From NCBI GenBank assembly GCA_004022145.1, contig RCNU01000010.1: a DNA stretch of 64,000 nt; one strand, given 5' to 3'. The translations under genes and the position numbers were made by a program. Origin of the DNA: Paecilomyces variotii (lineage: Eukaryota). The notes below the pieces were generated by a model. That model saw only the letters and a program-made list of their open reading frames with translations, was not told the DNA's origin and did not search any database. Below, piece after piece: positions 13,268 to 27,813 of this stretch. How positions within the stretch are numbered: position 1 is the stretch's first letter; every line of letters starts with the position of its first letter.

Positions 13268-14362
13268 AATAAGTCTGTTTTTTTTCTTCATCGTTCTCGT
13301 TTTCTTTTTTCACACTTTTCTTTATACGATGACGGTATTCCCCCCAATCTTGGAACTCGAATCCGATAACATCACCGGCTCAAATCTCATGTGGAAGATA
13401 AGCGGGGCAAAAACAAACCCATGAAGCGCAGACTGAACAATAGCTGTTCAGCCCTCTCTTACTTACCATTATTTTCTTTTCTTTTTCACATCCAGTCGTC
13501 TCCAGCCTGTCCATACAATCGCATCAACTGCACGAGAACTCCCCTCCTCCTCCCTCCCTTTGACGTTTCATCCCATCATCCGGGATGGCCGAAATGGTCT
13601 TGAGCTGGGAAGAGAGAGGGAGTAACTCGCTTGTCTGGAAAGAATGCTTTATATTCTGTCTTTTCTTTTGTATGTTATGCAAGGGAATGTAATCGGGGAA
13701 CGGGGTCGTGTTTGTTTAGGCTGCTTTGTTGTTCGGGAAGAGGGAGTTTTTGGGCGCATACATATGCAAGATCGTTCGAGTCATTCGCCTTATCTGGTGC
13801 TTCGTCTGGATCTATTATTAGTCATATCTGATGAGTCTTTGCTTGTTCAATATTCACGAAATGCAGAGATTAGGAACCAAATAGGAATATGAATGGAACA
13901 GAATAGCCAGTGACATGAAGGAGTGTCTCAGTTGAGTGTTAGCTGGAAGTGATCTCTATTCATGATAGACTAGTGACTACTCGTAGTCATCGATGTATCT
14001 AACCTAAGGCGAGCGGTCCAATTCTTGTTGCACCGTCGCAGAAGAGCAGCCCAAGGAACGCGGATGCCCGTAAATGTACATAGGTTCCCCCTACTACGGG
14101 AATGAATGCAAAAAAAAAGACGCATAACCCGAGCGAAGCTGAACGCAAGCACAAACCTATTTCAAAAACAAAAAATAGACAAGACACGGTAGACGTGACA
14201 CATCGAATCGGACAATTGCCCGTTTCAACCAAAGCCAGTAACAGGAAAAGAAGTGTATGGACCATGGATACACCCCTTCCACAAATACGGACCAACTGTG
14301 CCAAGTCCCCGTCGACATATATATATGCGTGTGTGGAAGATGAAAACTGTGCAAGAAGATGC

Positions 14363-16836
14363 TCATACGTAGCGCCTAGCGGTTTGGTCACTACCGTAAG
14401 CTGGGCCTGGATATTTAGGCGGAGGATCGTGAGGATAGCCTCCAGACTGCCAATAACCGTCGGGGCTATGTCCGCCGCGCCATTGACCCATGGCAGGCGG
14501 TGGCGGAGGCGGCATAGGACCAGCCCATCCGTTGTAACGTGCGTCTGGCGGAGGCGGATATAGACCAGGCGGTGGTCTACCAGCTCCCTTGGGGCGCTTT
14601 GACTGGCGACACCGGCGGATGAGACAAGATAGCAGTGAGAACAGGAGAAGACCCCCAATCCCGACGGCCAGACCGATAACAAGAGATTTGTGGTCATCTA
14701 CCCAGGATTTGATTTCCCCACCGGCAGAAGCACCAACGCAGCGACCGTTGCTACAGTGGCCACCTCCAGAGCATGGGGTTCCGTCAAGAAAGTTCTGGTT
14801 CATCTCGACGCAGGTGTTTGCTGGGTAATTGGGAGAATTGCAACTCAAAGTACAGCTGCTGCTGTCACAATCATGAGTGGAATTGCTGTTCAGCAAATCT
14901 CCCATGGCCGACTGACATTGCTCGTCGCGACTGGTACATTGGCCACTGGCACATGTTAACCCACTACCACAACTCTCACCGTCCGGTATATGGCTGTCGG
15001 ATGGACAAGATCCAGAGTTACCAGTGCACTTCTCTGCAATATCGCAAGAACCGGTGCTAGGACGACAGACAGTACCGGCAGACGCAAATTGGCAACTCGA
15101 GCAACAGACTTCGTTCGACTCGTCACATACGGCTCCATTCTTGAACTTGCAGGTTTTCGCATCACAGCAGGCATTATTACCGCATGACTCCTCTCCTCCA
15201 CAGTCGCATTCCTCCCCGGCCTCCACAATGCCATTGCCACACTCACTACCAGTGATGGTTGTCACACCTTTGTTGTCAGAAAGACAGCTGGACTTGACAC
15301 TATTGCGGCCCATGGCAGAACAGATATTTCCAATCGTACATGGAGAGAACTGGGTGATATCGTCCCCAGTGCTCGGATTCATAATGTAGCGCCCATCTGC
15401 GCTGCACGTAGACTTGGATAATGGACAGCATTGAGATGTCGCTTCGAGATCTTGCTTACAGGTCTCCGAATCACAGTCATGCACGGCACCAAATGTATGT
15501 CCTGTTTCGTGGGCGAAAACCTGCCACCCAGCGGTGGTTTTCGCTACAACATTGGCTCCCGTGACCGTGTCTTCCCCGTCTGGCGTGGATTCTGTATTGC
15601 ACAACTGTCCCAACCATGACACTCCAACTTCAGCACCAGTAGGACAGTTCGTCATGAGGGTCCAGTAAGCGTTGCTGTCATTCCTCTGTCCTCGCCACTG
15701 GGAGAACAAATCCAGCCGCTGCGTCATGTTCTTGCTGCCGCAGGCGACGTTCCAGGGCGCCGCCTCGGACGCAGTGCTGGGACATTCCGCGTCGCTAATC
15801 GTGAGATTGCGGAGGCCGATTGTGACGTTGAAACTGCGCTCATAGAGGTCTGAAGCGGTGTTCACCATATCTATGACAGCCTGACGAGCGGACTCGGTGG
15901 AATTATATGCACCGGTGAATGCGCAATCAGTAGCAACGCCTATTAACGCGACTTTCTTCGTGTTCGGACAGCCCGCAGTACTGCCGATAGTAGACTCCAA
16001 GTTGACTGCACCAGTATTTCCGGATATGCCGCCTGTATCAGACTGGCGCTTTGTCAGCCCAAAGAGAGAATTCACGGACATCGCACCCCATCGCGGCAAT
16101 GGCTGGTGCAGATCGGGGTGAAAAACAGGGTGATCAGGGTCGGCGTTGAAGTTCAACTTGTCTGCTTGGCACGCGGACGAGTTCGATAACGATCGCTTGA
16201 ATTCCGAATGCAACTCGCGACTCATATCCGAATCGCGGTACACGATCATATAATCGTCTTCCTTGTTCTCGACGTCAACATCAAAATCGCGTCTAGTGTG
16301 CATGTAGTTTGACCGCTTTTGGATGTGATGGTGGTTTCCCCTGATGGTGAAGGCGCCTTCGAACAACGGCTGCTTCCCATCACGTTGCACACTTATCCTC
16401 GCCCAGCCTACTCGGTTCCAGCTGCCATCTTCTGCCTCCGCCCACGCGGAACCTTTGAACACTCTATGATCGGACCTGTCGATAGGCTGCGCATGCTTGA
16501 CGTTGCCATTCGAATCGAGATATTGAATGTGGGCGTCTTCGGAAAGTATATCATGGTTTGGCTCGAGGTCCAGCTTTATTCGCTGGTGACCCTGGTGGAG
16601 GCCGAATGTGACATCGAAGTGTGATAGAGAATGTACACGATGTGAGGGGGAATTGATCACTGGGGCTTCGACGACAGAGATATAATTGATGGGACCGGGC
16701 TGCTGTGAACGTGCTGTATCACTGTATTAGCCAGGCACAACAACCTAGCCGTGTAGGCTTGCTTACCATCAACACCGGTCTTTAGGATCGATACTGTACT
16801 GGCCAGAAATGGGACCAGGTTGCGGAAAAGTCTCAT
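14363..16836 (-). CDS. Fungal ADAM (disintegrin and metalloprotease) protein
   Basis: Signal peptide MRLFRNLVPFLAST, one intron, KR maturation site, reprolysin zinc motif HETGHTFGAVHD, disintegrin 'CGNGIVEAGEECDCG', Cys-rich domain, TM segment and Pro-rich tail. Confidence 0.93.
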
Positions 16837-18480
16837 AATTATTCGTGGTGACAGCGGCATTCAACCAGCCGTGACGGAAAGCCCAAAGATAATGATACCA
16901 AATCGGTAGTCGCTAATCGATTAAATCCACTTTTGGTGACACTGGAGACCGTAGTATTATTATGAATATCCGCGCTAGCCGGGCCAGCTGCGCGATGGTG
17001 ACTGCAGAAACGAGCGACGACCTGATATATGTATAACAATATAGGCGCAGTCGAAGACAAAAGTTATTCACCAGGATGTAACGACCGGTTCTCACACCCT
17101 CCCGAGTGAGACAAGCGAGCGAAGAAAATCGCCAAGGTGCGGCGCAAGACCTTTAGCCTTTTGGTGAGGAGGTCAAGTCAGATCAGCCCAGCCAGCAAGC
17201 TTGCTCTCCAAAGTCTGCGCCTGTCCGCACGCGGTAACTAACATCGAACCAGGGCTGTTGCGATGTTGCGAAGGGCCGGACCTCCGGTTGATAGACGTCA
17301 GAAGCACTCTTGCACTGGAGATCTATCTCCTATCTTCTGGAACAGCCGGATTGAGAAGGCCTCGGCACACTCTCAGAGTTACAATTGCACTGAAATCCTC
17401 GAACAATCAGATCCAATCCCATGTAGGGGGTGGAATCGCATGGGGCGCAGCAGTCTTGGCGGTTCATGCCAAGAAGAGTCGTTTTACGTACAGGATATTA
17501 GCGAGATAGATAGATGGAATCTAGAAAAGAATGTAAAGAAATCGAGAGGGATAAACGAGAGTAAGACTCGCGCAGTTGAGGTGGGAGAGAAGTTGGAGAA
17601 GAGACAATTGAACCGGGGTTGAGAGAGAGGGGTCTGCAGTTGTTGACGGAGCAAGCCAGTTTCCAGCTGAGACGGGCCATCCTTTCCCAAGCAACGCCCG
17701 CGACGTCTCGCATCCTTTCCCCCCCCAACAAAGCCTGCTCCGTGAGCGCTTCTTGCTCTAACAGTCGCCGCGTTTAATGTTCTCGTTTTATGCATGTTCG
17801 TCTCTTTTGTCAGGTTCTTAATCAGATAGATACTCTGGTATCTATCGAGAATCTATAGGTGCGCAAGCCACAGACGAATGCCGCAGAGACCACGGGCCTG
17901 TCCTCTGCCGCTGATCGCCATGACCTCCACACCATAATGAAGCGATCGTTTTCTCCGTATCTAGACCCTTCGCTATAAATAGGCTTAGCGGACCCATCTG
18001 CAAGTGTTGGGCCATGGTCCATTCTGAACAACAACTGTAAATACAGTATTTACCATCAGTCTGCCGGACTTCTACAGCATGGAGACCCAATATAGATCAG
18101 CTGATGGCCAACCTGTTGTCTCTACCATAAGATTGCACAGATATTTGACTGTGCGGCGATCCATGCGGGATCTGTGCCGGATATCCAGAACCTACCTTAT
18201 GTTTGCAGATGCCGTGCTAAAGTGAGGGGCCAAGCGATGGTGTATCCATGAGTAAAGGAGCGCTCCGAGTAACTATCCATGGCTGATACAAACTCAGTCC
18301 ATCGCCTCGTCATACCTAGAGTGGGAACACCAGGCACGAGCGCTTTGCGCAATCCTGGGACCATGGAAGCAGCTCTTGTCCCCGAGGGACAACAAAATGA
18401 GCGGAAGAGCCAAGCTCGTTTGTGAGGATCCCCTGCGACTGGTCTGTCTGTATAGAAAGGTATACAATGCCAATTAATCT

Positions 18481-20487
18481 TCACTCAGGAACCGTATGAT
18501 AGAGTTCATGGGCCACAGAGGCGAAATGCGGAATTAGAACACCACAAAATCTGCATGGTTCACTCCATGTTGAGTCTTCACCATCGCTGTCCACCCAGGC
18601 GCCATCCGCCATATCGCCGGTAAAGACAACATCTGTTGAGGAGTCCCTAAGAGGGCGAGGACATTCGTGTGTTGGATCCAGCTTGTCGTCTTTCCATTTT
18701 GAGCTCGCCGTGGGGGTGCCCTGGACGTCATGTTCGGTGAGGTTTATATCGCTATCAGCCACCTTCCAGGGTCGAAGAAGACCTGTCTCCTGTCGTCGAA
18801 ACATCTTTTCAATATCCCGACCGCTACTGTGCTTGTGCTCACCAGCTGTCTCGACCATGTTAGTGACGGCTATGTTGAGTAAGCTCAAATGCCAGTCAGC
18901 TCTTTCTGGATGTAGCTTGCGGAACATTGGGAGGATATTCTCATGCACAAGTCGTTCCGCGAGAGCATCGATGTTATCATCGAGATTGAAAAGAAATTGA
19001 GGGACGGGGCCCGAGCGAGATACCCTGTTGTAAATGTGACTGCGGGTGCCGTTTAGGTCCGGAGGGGACCTGGTGCGCGTTGACAGGCGCAGGGTACGTG
19101 GATGGGCGAGCCACCGTATTCTTTTTATAGAACTGGATTTGTTCTCCTCAGGTTGCATGGCATCGTCTCTTCCTTCCTCGGTCAAGTCTGTGCGCACACG
19201 ACGGATCAAACTAGCAGCAAGTGACACGAGGGCTTTCTTGACAGCGTCGAAAGTGTCCAGTGTTCCATAAGAGTCTTCAATACTAATTTGGGTGGGGATG
19301 TCTCTCGCAGCACTGACTTCAGAGGTGTCAACACCATTTATAAGTCCCCACACTTTTGTACCAATGTCTTTAGGTGACCCGGGTCCACCTAGAATCTTCT
19401 CCAGCAAGAGAGGGCCCATATTGGGAAAGCAACGGACATCGTGTACTGTGACTTTGTTGTCAGTTAATGGAGTTGGTGTCTCGTGGGGGCCAAGATCGCT
19501 ATCATGGCATAGAATATGAGCTCTGAGTCTATGTGCAAGCTTATAGCCGATCCCAGGGACCTTTCCGATATCATGAGAATCGAGGAAACGAGTGACGTTA
19601 CTCTCTTCGTCGGGTCCAGTAGCAAGGTAAGGCGGAAGAAGTGTCGTCTGACTGCTTGGCTTATGGACATTCCCCGCCAGTTTGGCCAGCATTTTGGAAG
19701 TAGACACGCCAACAGAGGCAGTGTAACCTTTCTGATACTCCAGTTCATTTCGGAGATACCGAGCCAGATGGGAGGCAAGAAGAAGGCGCAGGCGGAGTGG
19801 ATCGCCGAATCCTTTGGCAAGAGACGATACAGCAGGGGCCGGAGTATCTGTCGAAGGTGGAAATGTCGGGCCAGAGAACTTCGTGGCATCAAACGCGAAG
19901 CCCGCCGTGGGGTCCAGCTTGTCAAGGTGAAAGAATGAGTTCAACAGGTCGTGAGCATTGAGCAATTCGACGTTGTACTCGATCATTTCGGTGACATCTA
20001 AAAATACCTACATTGGGGGTTAGACTGACAGTTTACTTTATGGGGACATCCAATGGTGAAACCCAACGGTGAACTAACCTCGTCAAAGCCCAATTTCTCG
20101 ACGCGATCACCCCAGATGAACGACCTGAGAAAGGCGTGAAGCTCCTTGGAAGCATCACGAAAGCGCGTGAGATCCTCACCAAGTACGACCACTACTTCGG
20201 GACAAATCTGTTTAGCTTCCCTGACGAGCTGTAGCTTTTTTAAGCCGCGCCGTCGAGCTTCGTAGTTACAAGTAGCGATGATCTGTTTCTGCTGCACCGC
20301 CAACGGTAACGACTTTAGGACGGGATTCTCCGCCTCAAAGACTGAAGCGTAGAAACAGTCATAATCCTGCGAGCCTCATGATGGTCAGTCTTCGCTTTCA
20401 CTGCCGATAGGCAGCAGAGAATTCTTTTGGGGGCCTAACAAAATGAATGATTATGCGGCTATCATCCCTCCGCGGAGGCGCAGCCAT
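18481..20487 (-). CDS. Y-family translesion DNA polymerase (Pol iota-like, ImpB/MucB/SamB); 3 exons
   Basis: IIIHF|DYDCFYASV, AVQQKQIIATCNYEARRRG, EKLGFDE|VFLDVT, SKMLAKLAG..HKP, HhH 'KVPGIG', C-terminal UBZ-like CxxC...HxxxH (CRFCGVLIPHFASVAHELYH). Confidence 0.9.
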
Positions 20488-22307
20488 TTCCTATCCTGGC
20501 TTTCACTGATCCTGTTCCACCCAGTGCAAGCACACCAGCGACCAACGAGTCATATCGGCGAAGTCACTTCGGTGGTTCCTTCGCGGTGAATCGCCTGTTC
20601 GTTAGGTGCTGTGTCCGTTTAGTGGCCTAATGTTGGAAAGGGATGGATCGCAAGCGCGATGCTCAGCGGCTTGGATTCGCTCAGCACGAATGCCTACAGG
20701 TGCAAGTGCTTCGGGCCGGAGGATAACGGTAGACTAACGATACTTATGCACGGGCTTCCCTAAGAATGAGACTGCGTGGACTCCGTGGAGTTTAGAGGAC
20801 GTCGATCTCTCTGATCCCAACGCAACGCCGTTCGGGGAGTTGACGCGGGGAGGAGTTGAGCCACAGTATATTCGTATTGTCGTTCTGCTATTGGCTAGAA
20901 AGAGCGTCACCGCCACTGTGGCACGTGCTGTTGTTTCTATGAATACATTTGCATTATTATATAATCACTGGCACAATTTGCATATCTAGACTGTGTATGC
21001 AAATATTCTGCCCTTTCCGATATTATTATTCTCTTCCCATCCACTTCACTCGATCCGCATTGGAGGTTCGAAAAAGACGGATCTAGATAGGCGGCCTCAT
21101 CCTGTCACATTATCAAGTCATCATGATGGGTGCGAGACCATCACGTATCATCTAAGTCGCCTCCTCCGCCTCTCCACAGTGCCTCGCAACAAGGTACGAG
21201 TACGCCGCACAGTTGAGAAAAAGTCCCGATCAGGGATTCTTTAAAAGCAATACTAATCTCCAGTGGATTGCCCGTACAAAACCAACGAGCGGGGCTATCA
21301 TTATTCAACATGGCCTGATTCCAATCCGGCTACCTTACGCGCCGTCGACTATCAAGGTTTTCCTAGGACCTGGCGTTTCTGTTCAGCCTCCAGAGAAAGG
21401 ATGTTCTGGCCTTCTGACTGATGAACCGGTGCTGTTCGTTGTCTTGGCAGTCCCACTGCCTTCGCGTCGGGGATCCTTTTTTTAGCTTGTCACCACGCGG
21501 CAAGCGAGAGGAGAACGTTGTACGGTTGACACCGAGAAGGTTTTTTGCCCCTGGTTCCAGTGGCTATCACGTATCCATCTTTAGGACGGCCCGTTGCCGC
21601 CGGAGACGTCCTGTGTGTGTACGCCGTTGGTACTCCTTCAGGATTCGGACGGGGCATGCTAACAGGAATGGACTGGGATATATTACTCTTTTTCTCTCGA
21701 GGAATATTGTGCTGTACATCGCTTTTTACGACCGCCCCGCTGGAGCCAAAGACGATCTATGATAACCCCCGGGAGTGCCAATAGGTTGGGGTTTCAGACC
21801 AGGGGCTTGGAGGATCTACTCGCACAGCATCGCGATCTCGATGGGTCCATGGCGCCGATAGTCAGCGCCCAGTGTCAGCTCGTTCCGATCTGTCTCTCTG
21901 TCCGGGAACCCACTGTTGCTTTTAAAAGGAATTCCAGGAAATGAGCATTTCATACCCAATAATCTGCTGGATCCAACTGTTGAACTCTGACGCGGCAAAT
22001 ATTATCGCCAGCCCGATCTGCTCTGCTTAAAATCATGGTCCTGCCCATCTGATCTCACAAGCGCTGAAGCACGGCGCACCAGGGCACGTTTGCGCAGGGC
22101 TCCTTCGTTCCCCGCCAGAAATAGTACTGCTTACTATTTCGGGAGCGGCGCTTATCATCCGTGATCTTCGCAGCTTGTGCCCTGTGGCCGTTATCGATTG
22201 GCTTCACCAATTTGTCGAGCACCTGTGTGCGGGGTGCAGAGAGCATGTTTTCCTTATAGCTGTCATTTTTTTTTTAACACTGTTAAATAACTACTCTTCC
22301 GTCCGTC

Positions 22308-23414
22308 ATGATTGCAACTCCAATGAGTCCTCAAACATCCCATGTCCGACATACCGGTTCGGACTCCAGCCGCACATCATCCCATCTTACCTCGTCGTTT
22401 CCTTCCCCAGCCACTTTATCCCAAGAACCACCAACAACGCACAACATGCTATCTACACTTCCAACGACAGCGCCTAATGGCCATGGGGTAGGCATGTCGA
22501 AACGGCCAAAATTGTCTCTCCAGACAACATCGCTCCCGGTAACCTACGGGAAGTCAACCACGGGTCTTTCTTTGTCTCTCGCGACGGCCAACGCCACTGC
22601 CTCACCGACAGTCCTCAACACCTTCAATAATGCTTATGAACTGATGCGATCATCTACATCGACTGTTGGAGATGTATCGCCTTCCAAGGGGAAAATAGCG
22701 TCTCCATATGCCACCAACAGGCATAAGGAATCCGTTCCATACCAACTACCTTTGGGTGTGCGGAGCATTCTACGGAACTCTCCCATCCCCGCATCTTCAC
22801 GACGACAGCGCTCGGTGTCTATGACAGGGAACAATATGAACGGGTCGCATTCGAATCGGCGCCTATTATTCCCTGCGAGTAAACAAGTCAGCTATCGATT
22901 TCCCCTCGAGGAGGAGGTCAAAACAGTCCGCTTCACTGCAAGACATTCGGATATGCTCGATGATTCAGAGCCAGAGATCTCTGACGAGTCGCAGTCAGAT
23001 GACAATTCAAACTCGCAGATGTCGCGGTCCGACTCTAGCTCTTCGGACGAAGAGGCCAGCAAATGCCAGGGCATTTCGCCTCTTACACACTCCAAGAGAA
23101 AAAGGAGAAAAAGCGCAGGGGTAGAGGGAGGGAAGCTTCAGCTCTCTCGACTCGATGGACATGCCAGCAGGCTGGAAAGCCCACAAACACCGTGTCAGGA
23201 GCATCCGAAACGTCGCCGCGAATGGCGATGGACATTGGGTCCTCTGCCACCAAACAACTTGGCAACGGCCGTTGATACAGCTGCTGGCCTGACCGACTCA
23301 ACCGATGAATCCACAGCATCTTCATCAACAACACCCTTGAAAATAGACATGCCATACAGCATTCCTACGACTGACTTGAATACCACTCTAAGCCACATCT
23401 CCGCCGACGCCTGA
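22308..23414 (+). CDS. Uncharacterised Ser/Thr-rich, likely disordered protein
   Basis: 368-aa uninterrupted ORF with short motif-like islands (RPKLSLQT, SPTVLNTFNN, SILRNSP, KTVRF, basic KRKRRK, REWRWTL); no recognisable folded domain. Confidence 0.7.
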   Translation: MIATPMSPQTSHVRHTGSDSSRTSSHLTSSFPSPATLSQEPPTTHNMLSTLPTTAPNGHGVGMSKRPKLSLQTTSLPVTYGKSTTGLSLSLATANATASPTVLNTFNNAYELMRSSTSTVGDVSPSKGKIASPYATNRHKESVPYQLPLGVRSILRNSPIPASSRRQRSVSMTGNNMNGSHSNRRLLFPASKQVSYRFPLEEEVKTVRFTARHSDMLDDSEPEISDESQSDDNSNSQMSRSDSSSSDEEASKCQGISPLTHSKRKRRKSAGVEGGKLQLSRLDGHASRLESPQTPCQEHPKRRREWRWTLGPLPPNNLATAVDTAAGLTDSTDESTASSSTTPLKIDMPYSIPTTDLNTTLSHISADA

Positions 23415-25632
23415 GAGAATTAGAACATACGCACGCATCTATTTCATATCAACTCATGATCTTCATGTCACACGACATTCATCATCGCATCCGCATTTAT
23501 GGGCGTCCCGAGTATACGGGCTATTTCATGTGATACCATCTTTCCATTCTTAATATGTGATGAGCGTACGAGCCACTTTTTGTTTCTATTTTCATGTTCA
23601 TTCATATACTATATATAGACCATACGCTAGGGTGGCCTTTTCTTTTTACCTCATACAGGTAGCAGCATGGATCTATTTATACCTTTTCTTTCTCCTTCGA
23701 CCCTGGGTGGTGTAGTCTTGGCAAATATTTTTTGGCAGTCAAGGCTTTCTTTCTTTTCTTTTTCATTCTTATTATTATTATCTCTATACAACACACGTTC
23801 ATGAGATACCCAATACAAAAGAATCCACATCTTCTAGAAGGAAAATAAGACTACACCTTCACACTCCTCTTGAACATCCCCCCTAGAGGATAAGAGTTCG
23901 TATTCTTATCTTTTTATTTACTCTAGTTGCATCGACTCACTGTAGATGCTGTGCGGAGTACACTTATCTCTTTTACATATAGAATATATGAGGACCTGCA
24001 AAATTGACACTGAAAATGACCGCTACTGAGGCCATCTGCAGTCTCATTTCCGTTCACCGTGTCTCAAGAACAAATTGACGCTTTAGCATAGCATCACGAT
24101 GTCCACACCACTTTTTGAAAGAAGCGGCGGAAAGGGCGCTCACTTGCCTAATAATCGACGTAACTATGTAATGGGATAAAACTAACATAATCAACCACCG
24201 AGTAGCCCATTTCTCCGCACCCTTCCATGGATTTTGAAGCTTTTCAACCACTAATTCCATCGAGCTAGACTACTTAGAAAGATACAATATATAGCTGTTT
24301 TTACTAGTGCAAGTTCATATTATATGTCCAGTAGTCCTACAGGAAGTAACACTACAAACCCAGTATAGAGCTAGCGAATTGGAAAAGAGGGAAGAGGAAC
24401 TGGCATAAATGCTGCGAAACCCAATTCATTTTGTATTTTGCATATTTCGTTCGGAAAAAGCACGAGTCTCAGTCGTATTCATGATCGAGATCCCTGGAAA
24501 GACAATCTACTCTCGGATGCTGTTACAGCTAGCTAGCTACTCGGTAGAACCTGAGTGTAACTATAAGCTGGAAACTCCAGACCAGCATTAGCCAGGTCAT
24601 CAAGAAGTGGCACCTATTGGACTCCGGAGACAGTCCTCGATTCAGTCATTATCGAAGTCTAGAAACCGACGATTCAAGATTCAACTTATATAAAAATGTG
24701 GACGTAGCAATATACTAGTCGCTGGTGCGTTTCCACTCCTAGGATCATGTATCATACTTTGTGGACCTGGGAGAAATGAAGAGAAATGGGGTCTAAATGT
24801 GATGAGATTTAGTGAATGGTTACGGGTCGATAACTCCCCCGTATACTTAGAAAAGGCTACTTCTAATAGGAAGAGATTTTCATTGTCAACGGAGTTCCTT
24901 TCATGGTTATTTATCTGATGGGCAGGAATGAGACTGAGATTGACTGGATATTGAATTCGAGCTATTTTTTTGAAAATTGAAGTATCTCGTGCAATCTGAT
25001 CTAGTTGTGTATTTAAGTAATTTGGGGAATTTGGGCAGGATTTCTCCGAGTCCAATATATATGTACAAGCACGTACCAAGCGCCACCAACAGTGGCTCTA
25101 GTTATAGCAGACATCCTCAAAAGAGAACAAAAACGTCACTCTATAAAACATCCAGATAAAGCCATATGTAACAAACCCAGCTACACTATAAATCAAACAT
25201 GCGTGGCCGCTGAGCTGGTTGGTTTAGAGTACGCTACCCAAAACGAACTAGCGGAGAACCGAGGCGGGACCTCGCGCGTGTTCCAATTATTGTCGACGTC
25301 AAAGACCAAAAGCGTTAATTAACACATTTCAGATACTCACACGTGGACTTGCACCCCGGTTTCTGTGAGAGAAAAAAAGGGAAGACAGAAGAGCGCACTT
25401 CTCTTATTTCTTTCGGACATTGAGATCTTCTGGTTGGAGGTCCTTTCTTCTTTTCTGGCCCACTGAAGCCACGACGAAGGAGTCAGCGCATAGCTGGACG
25501 ATAAAGAGAACAGAGCTTCTCTCAGGTTCCAGCTTGCTCGTGACCTCGACTAATCTACGATTTCATACGCCTGTGATACCCCTTTCTCCTCGACCTCTGT
25601 CGACAGTCCATATAATCCGAAATCCAGCGTTC

Positions 25633-26654
25633 ATGTCGTCGACGGAAGAATCCCCCGCGCAGCAGGCGGCGCGTCTGCGTCGAGAACGTCGAGAAGCAAA
25701 GATCAAGGCTGGAGGATCAGCGCGATTGGATAAAATCAGCAGTTTGAGCGGACGGACACCGGTGAGCGGTATGAGTTCCATCTTCACCTTCATCATTCTC
25801 ATGACCTGTCTTTTTTTTGTACTTGGTGTATCATGCGGCTTCGCGAAAATTATCTTTGAGATGACCACTGACCAGGTCGATCGTTTGCTTTTACAGAGCG
25901 CGAAAGTGCTTCTCCCTCCCCGGCTCCAAGGGCGCCTACACCTCCCATCGTCCTGCCGTCCGAACCGCAAAGCGAGAATGAGTCTCGTCGCCGATCTGTG
26001 TCGCCCTTCCCGCCTGCTCCTATCGGCATGGGCGCAGAGCAGTCCCCGGAGAGTATACAGGCGCAGCAGGAATACCTACGAGCGTTGCTACGGGCGCATC
26101 CGCCGAACCAGCCACAGGCCCCGGTCGAGGAGGATCCTACGATGAAGCTACTGAGTTCGCTGATGGGCGGTCTTCCGATGGGCGACGCGGCATCGGGAGC
26201 AGGGGCGGGAGCGACCCCGGATCTGTCCCCTGCTGATCTGTCCTCCGCACTGGGGGTACCGCCCTTTCTGTCCAAGTTGCTGCTAGGTGGCGGCGGATCG
26301 CAGGTTCAGACACCCGCAGAGCAGCGGTGGCAGTGGATCCTGAAGGTGCTGCACGCGGTGTTTTCGTTTGCGCTGGGAGTGTATCTGCTCCTGGTCATCG
26401 GCTCGTCGGTGGAAACATACGGAAGCCGGCCGCCGCCTCCGGCCACGGCGCAGAGTCCCTTTGTGATCTTCATGACGGGGGAGTTGCTGCTGAACGGGAC
26501 GAGGCTGCTGGTGCGGAAGCGCGAGGGGCCGCTGGGTGGATTGGGAGTCGGGCTGGAGGTGGTGCGGGCAGTGGTGCGAGATGGCAGCGTGGCTCTCTTC
26601 GTGCTGGGGATGGGGAGTTGGTGGTATGGAGGATGGCAGCAGATACGCGAGTGA
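25633..26654 (+). CDS. get2: GET complex subunit Get2 (CAML-like ER insertase receptor); 2 exons
   Basis: N-terminus AARLRRERREAKIKAGGSARLDKISSL resembles the Get2 RERR Get3-binding motif; intron 25769-25896; three C-terminal TM helices. Confidence 0.78.
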
Positions 26655-27780
26655 CATCGCTTTCCTTATGAGGTATTATTAAGTATTATGGCAACCTCTC
26701 CTGGATGATCAAGAATATAATAACATCATGGATAAAATGAGCCTAGACGAGATACCAGTATTAATCGATCATCACATCAGTCAATGGATCAATAGTATAC
26801 TAATACTAACAGCCTTCCGGATGCCTGACTATGCGCCGCTACTTCCCGCATTGTCATTATTATTATTCCATAAGGACCCAAGTACATAGTACAATAGCTA
26901 AGATTCCCCCAACCCGGGATAGAGAAGTATGGAAACCATTAATTAAAATAATAATAATACAAAAAAGGAAAAAATGCAAGCATCCCATGCATGGTTCCTT
27001 GCAAGGTATGTAAAATCGGATCCGCAGTTTTGCGGCACAGCAGAAAAGCAAAGACGTTCAAACCCCTGAAACTTAAGACTTTGACCTTGCACACCGGGAT
27101 CCTGATTAAGGCGTCTAGACCCGACATGCGCTGCAGAACGTTGAGAACGGACCGTTTATCTGCAGAGGTCGCACGGACTAGTTCCTAACTTCCTCGTGTT
27201 TTGAGGTGGTTAGAGTTATACGGAGTAGAGTGTTGAATGCTAATGTAGAAGGAGACAGGGATGAGATGGGTTAATTATGTAGTTATTATATGTCAACTAC
27301 TAAGAGAGAGGAGTAGAGATTTCTTTGTTCGTATGTACATCCTTGGCAACTTCTTAGTTAACTAGAGTACTGTAGTTAAATGGAGTATTTCCGTGGTGTA
27401 TTTCGAGTGAGTAGTCAGTTAAGATGTCCCTGGGCATAGATAGCATAACTTGGGGCTGGTGCCTATTAGTAGTATTCATGCTGCGAGCAATTCCGAAAAG
27501 TACTCGTAGTTCCAAGAGTACTTCGGCTGGAAACATGGAGAGAAATGGCTTGAGGCATGACGAAGACCCCCATGGGTTGGACCTCGGTGCGGGCGAAGGA
27601 AGGGACTGACGACGACGACCGAAGCTCCGTGCAACCGTAGACTATCGCATCGCCAACGGGCATGCGGCAAGTAACGGGTAACGAAAAGCTGATAATCTAC
27701 TCCGTATGGTAACTAATTGCTGCTTCTCTTTTGCCCCGGACCAGAGAGAGCATACCATAGGGCAGAATGTAGTGACGGAA

Positions 27781-27813
27781 TATTACATTATTACATTACA
27801 TATTACATATTAC
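27781..27813. repeat. Imperfect (TATTACA/TTACA) tandem repeat
   Basis: tattacattattacattacatattacatattaca read directly from sequence. Confidence 0.7.

Noticed and set aside
13999-14697. 232-aa ORF overlapping the ADAM 3' end
   Set aside because: Alternate-frame read of the ADAM tail and 3' UTR; no coding signature.
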